Below the pieces are notes generated by a model that had not been told where the DNA came from, did no database searches, and saw only the letters and a program-made list of their open reading frames with translations. Positions 58,001 through 64,000 of a DNA stretch of 64,000 nucleotides are shown piece after piece. Numbering within the stretch: the stretch's first letter is position 1; each line of letters begins with the position of its first letter. Made by a program: the position numbers and the translations under genes. The stretch is from positions 28,272,001 to 28,336,000 of the forward strand of contig OZ024740.1 in the NCBI GenBank assembly GCA_964016885.1, written 5' to 3'. This stretch comes from Eledone cirrhosa. Its lineage: Eukaryota.

Positions 58001-61000
58001 CCTGAGTATATGTGATTTTCCTGAGTATATGTGAATTTCCTTACTATTTGTGATTTTCCTGACTATGTGATTTTCTTGACTATATGTGATTTTCCTGAGT
58101 ATATGTGATTTTCCTGACTATATGTGATTTTCCTGAGTATATGTGATTTTCTTGAGTATATGTGATTTTCCTGAGTATATGTGATTTCCCTGAGTATATG
58201 TGATTTTCCTGACAATATGTGATTTTCCTGAGTATGTGTGATTTTCATGAGTATATGTGATTTTCATGAGTATACGTGATTTTCCTGAGTATATGTAATT
58301 TCTTTGAGTATATGTGATTTCCCTGACTATATGTGATGTTCCTGAGTATATGTGATCTTCCTGAGTATATGTGATTTTCCTGAGTATAGGCGATTTTCCT
58401 GAGTACATGTGATTTTTCTGACTATATGTGATCTTCCTGAGTATATGTGATTTCCCTGAGTATATGTGATTTCCCTGACTATATGTGATTTTCATGATTA
58501 TATGTGATCTTCCTGAGTATATGTGATTTTCCTGAGTATACGTGATTTTCATGACTATGTGATTTTCCTGACAATATGTGATTTTCCTGAGTATATGTGA
58601 TTTTCCTGAGTATATGTGATTTTCCTGAGTATATGTGATTTTCTTGAGTATATGTGATTTTCCTGAGTATATGTGATTTTCCTGAGTATATGTGATTTTC
58701 CTGACTATTTGTGATTTTCCTGACTACGTGATTTTCTTGACTATATGTGATTTTCCTGAGTATATGTGATTTTCATGAGTATATGTGATATTCCTGAGTA
58801 TATGTGAATTTCCTTACTATTTGTGATTTTCCTGACTATGTGATTTTCTTGACTATATGTGATTTTCCTGAGTATATGTGATTTTCCTGACTATATGTGA
58901 TTTTCCTGAGTATATAAAATTTCCCTGAGTATATGTGATTTTCCTGAGTATATGTGATTTTCCTGACTATATGTGATTTTCCTGAGTATATGTGATTTCC
59001 CTGACTATATGTGATTTTCCTGAGTATATGTAATTTCCCTGAGTATATGTGATTTTCCTGAGTATATGTGATCTCCTGACTATATGTGATTTTCCTGAGT
59101 ATATGTGATTTCCCTGACTATATGTGATTTCCCTGAGTATATGTGATTTTCCTGAGTATATGTGATTTTCCTGAGTATATGTGATTTCCCTGACTATATG
59201 TGATTTTCATGATTATATGTGATCTTCCTGAGTATATGTGATTTTCCTGAGTATATGTGATTTCCCTGAGTATATGTGATTTTCCTGAGTATATGTGATT
59301 TTCATGACTATATGTGATTTTCCTGAGTATATGTGATTTTCATGATTATGTGATTTTCCTGACAATATGTGATTTTCCTGAGTATATGTGATTTTCCTGA
59401 GTATATGTGATTTTCCTGAGTATATGTGATTTTCTTGAGTATATGTGATTTTCCTGAGTATATGTGATTTCCCTGAGTATATGTGATTTTCCTGACTATT
59501 TGTGATTTTCCTGACTATGTGATTTTCTTGACTATATGTGATTTTCCTGAGTATATGTGATTTTGCTGACTATATGTGATTTTCCTGAGTATATAAAATT
59601 TCCCTGAGTATATGTGATTTTCCTGAGTATATGTGATTTTCCTGACTATATGTGCTTTTCCTGAGTATATGTGATTTCCCTGACTATATGTGATTTCCCG
59701 GAGTATATGTGATTTTCATGAGTATATGTGATTTTCCTGTGTATATGTGATCTTCCTGAGTATATGTGATTTTCCTGAGTATATGTGAATTTCCTTACTA
59801 TTTGTGATTTTCCTGACTATGTGATTTTCTTGACTATATGTGATTTTCCTGAGTATATGTGATTTTCCTGACTATATGTGATTTTCCTGAGTATATGTGA
59901 TTTTCTTGAGTATATGTGATTTTCCTGAGTATATGTGATTTCCCTGAGTATATGTGATTTTCCTGACAATATGTGATTTTCCTGAGTATGTGTGATTTTC
60001 ATGAGTATATGTGATTTTCATGAGTATACGTGATTTTCCTGAGTATATGTAATTTCTTTGAGTATATGTGATTTCCCTGACTATATGTGATGTTCCTGAG
60101 TATATGTGATCTTCCTGAGTATATGTGATTTTCCTGAGTATAGGCGATTTTCCTGAGTACATGTGATTTTTCTGACTATATGTGATCTTCCTGAGTATAT
60201 GTGATTTCCCTGAGTATATGTGATTTCCCTGACTATATGTGATTTTCATGATTATATGTGATCTTCCTGAGTATATGTGATTTTCCTGAGTATACGTGAT
60301 TTTCATGACTATGTGATTTTCCTGACAATATGTGATTTTCCTGAGTATATGTGATTTTCCTGAGTATATGTGATTTTCCTGAGTATATGTGATTTTCTTG
60401 AGTATATGTGATTTTCCTGAGTATATGTGATTTTCCTGAGTATATGTGATTTTCCTGACTATTTGTGATTTTCCTGACTACGTGATTTTCTTGACTATAT
60501 GTGATTTTCCTGAGTATATGTGATTTTCATGAGTATATGTGATATTCCTGAGTATATGTGATTTTCCTGACTATATGTGATTTTCCTGAGTATATGTGAT
60601 TTTCATGAGTATATGCGATTTTCCTGAGTATATGTGATTTTCCTGAGTATATGAAATTTCCCTGAGTATATGTGAATTTCCTTACTATTTGTGATTTTCC
60701 TGACTATGTGATTTTCTTGACTATATGTGATTTTCCTGAGTATATGTGATTTTCCTGACTATATGTGATTTTCCTGAGTATATGTGATTTTCTTGAGTAT
60801 ATGTGATTTTCCTGAGTATATGTGATTTCCCTGAGTATATGTGATTTTCCTGACTATATGTGATCTTCCTGAGTATATGTCATTTCCCTGAGTATATGTG
60901 ATTTTCATGATTATGTGATTTTCCTGACAATATGTGATTTTCCTGAGTATATGTGATTTTCCTGAGTATATGTGATTTTCCTGAGTATATGTGATTTTCC

Positions 61001-62300
61001 TGACTTTATGTGATTTTCCTGAGTATATGTGATTTTCATGACTGTATGTGATTTTCCTGAGTATATGTGATTTTCCTGACTATATGTGATTTTCCTGACA
61101 ATATGTGATTTTCCTGAGTATGTGTGATTATCATGAGTATATGTGATTTTCATGAGTATACGTGATTTTCCTGAGTATATGTAATTTCTTTGAGTATATG
61201 TGATTTCCCTGACTATATGTGATGTTCCTGAGTATATGTGATCTTCCTGAGTATATGTGATTTTCCTGAGTATAGGCGATTTTCCTGAGTACATGTGATT
61301 TTTCTGACTATATGTGATCTTCCTGAGTATATGTCATTTCCCTGAGTATATGTGATTTCCCTGACTATATGTGATTTTCATGATTATATGTGATCTTCCT
61401 GAGTATATGTGATTTTCCTGAGTATATGTGATTTCCCTGAGTATATGTGATTTTCCTGAGTATCTGTGTTTTTCTTGAGTATATGTGATTTTCCTGAGTA
61501 TATGTGATTTCCCTGAGTATATGTGATTTTCCTGACTATTTGTGATTTTCCTGACTATGTGATTTTCTTGACTATATGTGATTTCCCTGACTATATGTGA
61601 TTTTCCTGAGTATATGTAACTTCCCTGAGTATATGTGATTTTCCTGAGTATATGTGATTTCCCTGACTATATGTGATTTTCATGATTATATGTGATCTTC
61701 CTGAGTATATGTGATTTTCCTGAGTATATGTGATTTTCATGATTATGTGATTTTCCTGACAATATGTGATTTTCCTGAGTATATGTGATTTTCCTGAGTA
61801 TACGTGATTTTCATAACTATGTGATTTTCCTGACAATATGTGATTTTACTGAGTATATGTGATTTTCCTGAGTATATGTGATTTTCCTGAGTATATGTGA
61901 TTTCCCTGAGTATATGTGATTTTCCTGAGTATATGTGATTTTCATGAGTATATGTGATTTTCCTGAGTATACGTGATTTTCATGACTATGTGATTTTCCT
62001 GACAATATGTGATTTTCCTGAGTATATGTGATTTTCCTGAGTATATGTGATTTTCCTGAGTATATGTGATTTTCTTGAGTATATGTGATTTTCCTGAGTA
62101 TATGTGATTTCCCTGAGTATATGTGATTTTCCTGACTATTTGTGATTTTCCTGACTATGTGATTTTCTTGACTATATGTGATTTTCCTGAGTATATGTGA
62201 TTTTCATGAGTATATGTGATATTCCTGAGTATATGTGATTTTCCTGACTATATGTGATTTTCCTGAGTATATGTGATTTTCATGAGTATATGCGATTTTC
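55050..62300 (+). repeat. Dispersed duplication of about 2 kb (about 55.05-57.0 kb / about 60.3-62.3 kb; offset 5242 then 5299)
   Basis: ORF pairs 55669/60911 (offset 5242) and 56518/61817 (offset 5299 = +57 bp, three monomers). Shared rare variants are gattatcatg, tatctgtgtttttc and ttcataac. Confidence 0.8.
57039..60561 (+). repeat. Tandem duplication, 1754-bp unit x2 (about 57039-58807 / about 58793-60561)
   Basis: ORF pairs 58063/59817 and 58118/59872 are identical at offset 1754. The marker gaatttccttac occurs at 57052/58806 and 58033/59787. Confidence 0.9.
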
Positions 62301-64000
62301 CTGAGTATATGTGATTTTCCTGAGTATATGTGATTTTCATGATTATGTGATTTTCCTGACAATATGTGATTTTCCTGAGTATATGTGATTTTCCTGAGTA
62401 TACGTGATTTTCATAACTATGTGATTTTCCTGACAATATGTGATTTTCATGATTATATGTGATCTTCCTGAGTATATGTGATTTTCCTGAGTATATGTGA
62501 TTTCCCTGAGTATATGTGATTTTCCTGAGTATATGTGATTTTCATGACTATATGTGATTTTCCTGAGTATATGTGATTTTCATGATTATGTGATTTTCCT
62601 GACAATATGTGATTTTCCTGAGTATATGTGATTTTCCTGAGTATATGTGATTTTCCTGAGTATATGTGATTTTCTTGAGTATATGTGATTTTCCTGAGTA
62701 TATGTGATTTCCCTGAGTATATGTGATTTTCCTGACTATTTGTGATTTTCCTGACTATGTGATTTTCTTGACTATATGTGATTTTCCTGAGTATATGTGA
62801 TTTTGCTGACTATATGTGATTTTCCTGAGTATATAAAATTTCCCTGAGTATATGTGATTTTCCTGAGTATATGTGATTTTCCTGACTATATGTGCTTTTC
62901 CTGAGTATATGTGATTTCCCTGACTATATGTGATTTCCCGGAGTATATGTGATTTTCATGAGTATATGTGATTTTCCTGTGTATATGTGATCTTCCTGAG
63001 TATATGTGATTTTCCTGAGTATATGTGATTTTCCTGAGTATATGTGATCTTCCTGAGTATATGTGATTTTCCTGAGTATATGTGATTTCCCTGAGTATAT
63101 GTGATTTTCCTGAGTATATGTGATTTTCCTGACTTTATGTGATTTTCCTGAGTATATGTGATTTTCATGACTATATGTGATTTTCCTGACTCTATGTGAT
63201 TTTCCTGACAATATGTGATTTTCCTGAGTATGTGTGATTTTCATGAGTATATGTGATTTTCATGAGTATACGTGATTTTCCTGAGTATATGTAATTTCTT
63301 TGAGTATATGTGATTTCCCTGACTATATGTGATGTTCCTGAGTATATGTGATCTTCCTGAGTATATGTGATTTTCCTGAGTATAGGCGATTTTCCTGAGT
63401 ACATGTGATTTTTCTGACTATATGTGATCTTCCTGAGTATATGTGATTTCCCTGAGTATATGTGATTTCCCTGACTATATGTGATTTTCATGATTATATG
63501 TGATCTTCCTGAGTATATGTGATTTTCCTGAGTATACGTGATTTTCATGACTATGTGATTTTCCTGACAATATGTGATTTTCCTGAGTATATGTGATTTT
63601 CCTGAGTATATGTGATTTTCCTGAGTATATGTGATTTTCTTGAGTATATGTGATTTTCCTGAGTATATGTGATTTTCCTGAGTATATGTGATTTTCCTGA
63701 CTATTTGTGATTTTCCTGACTACGTGATTTTCTTGACTATATGTGATTTTCCTGAGTATATGTGATTTTCATGAGTATATGTGATATTCCTGAGTATATG
63801 TGATTTTCCTGACTATATGTGATTTTCCTGAGTATATGTGATTTTCATGAGTATATGCGATTTTCCTGAGTATATGTGATTTTCCTGAGTATATGAAATT
63901 TCCCTGAGTATATGTGAATTTCCTTACTATTTGTGATTTTCCTGACTATGTGATTTTCTTGACTATATGTGATTTTCCTGAGTATATGTGATTTTCCTGA

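Larger units (their letters stand above)
1..64000 (+). repeat. Tandem satellite array, 19-bp monomer TATATGTGATTTTCCTGAG (about 3,370-3,400 monomers in the window), extending beyond both window ends
   Basis: The motif repeats head-to-tail from base 1 to 64000 in one orientation. The ORF track shows the expected 19-aa (57-bp, 3-monomer) period. Common variants are terminal GAG>GAC, TTTTCC>TTTCCC, CCTG>CATG/CTTG, GATT>GATC, a 17-bp form (GAC-TATGTG, one AT lost) and an 18-bp form (GATCTCCTGAC). Confidence 0.99.

Noticed and set aside
1808-63548. All ORF-track entries (61-214 aa, minus strand) as protein-coding genes
   Set aside because: They are translations of the 19-bp repeat, with the same peptide in overlapping frames. 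Starts and stops come from monomer variants (CATG, CAAT, GAC), and there is no unique domain or gene context.
1-64000. CRISPR array
   Set aside because: Repeats abut directly with no unique spacers, no leader and no cas genes.
1-64000. Telomerase-synthesised telomeric repeat or reverse-transcriptase concatemer (DRT2/neo-like)
   Set aside because: There are no G-runs. Variant patterns are copied in multi-kb blocks, which indicates DNA recombination or replication rather than reiterative copying of a short RNA template. No RT gene is present. A recombination-maintained terminal array cannot be excluded without chromosome context.
1-64000. Similarity to mouse major satellite (GAAAATCAC on minus)
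   Set aside because: Only a ~9-bp motif is shared and there is no 234-bp unit. GAAAA-type motifs are common in unrelated AT-rich satellites.
1-64000. Transposon insertions, inversions, terminators, tRNA or rRNA
   Set aside because: No non-satellite segment or strand switch was seen anywhere. Palindromes are limited to short words such as TCATGA.

Overview
The whole 64 kb window is one uninterrupted, single-orientation tandem satellite array. The monomer is 19 bp, consensus TATATGTGATTTTCCTGAG on + (reverse complement CTCAGGAAAATCACATATA; 6/19 GC, 9/19 T on +). I found no unique sequence, gene, RNA gene, transposon, inversion or CRISPR spacer. All listed ORFs are translations of the repeat: three monomers give 57 bp, the 19-aa period RKITYTQENHIYSGKSHIL. 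The information in the window lies in the order of variant monomers, which reveals a nested history. (1) An A/B pair of higher-order modules of about 0.5-0.7 kb (27-36 monomers). (2) Small tandem duplications of 74, 114 and 361 bp. (3) Near-perfect multi-kb duplications with offsets of 6921, 4609/4647, 1754, 5318, 6542/6580, 6925/6944 and 5242/5299 bp. (4) Region-specific variant domains. (5) A more diverged island at about 4.9-7.9 kb. This most likely represents eukaryotic heterochromatic, (peri)centromeric or subtelomeric satellite DNA. I do not recognise the family or the organism, and I cannot support a novel protein-coding system here. Block boundaries were read by eye and are approximate.
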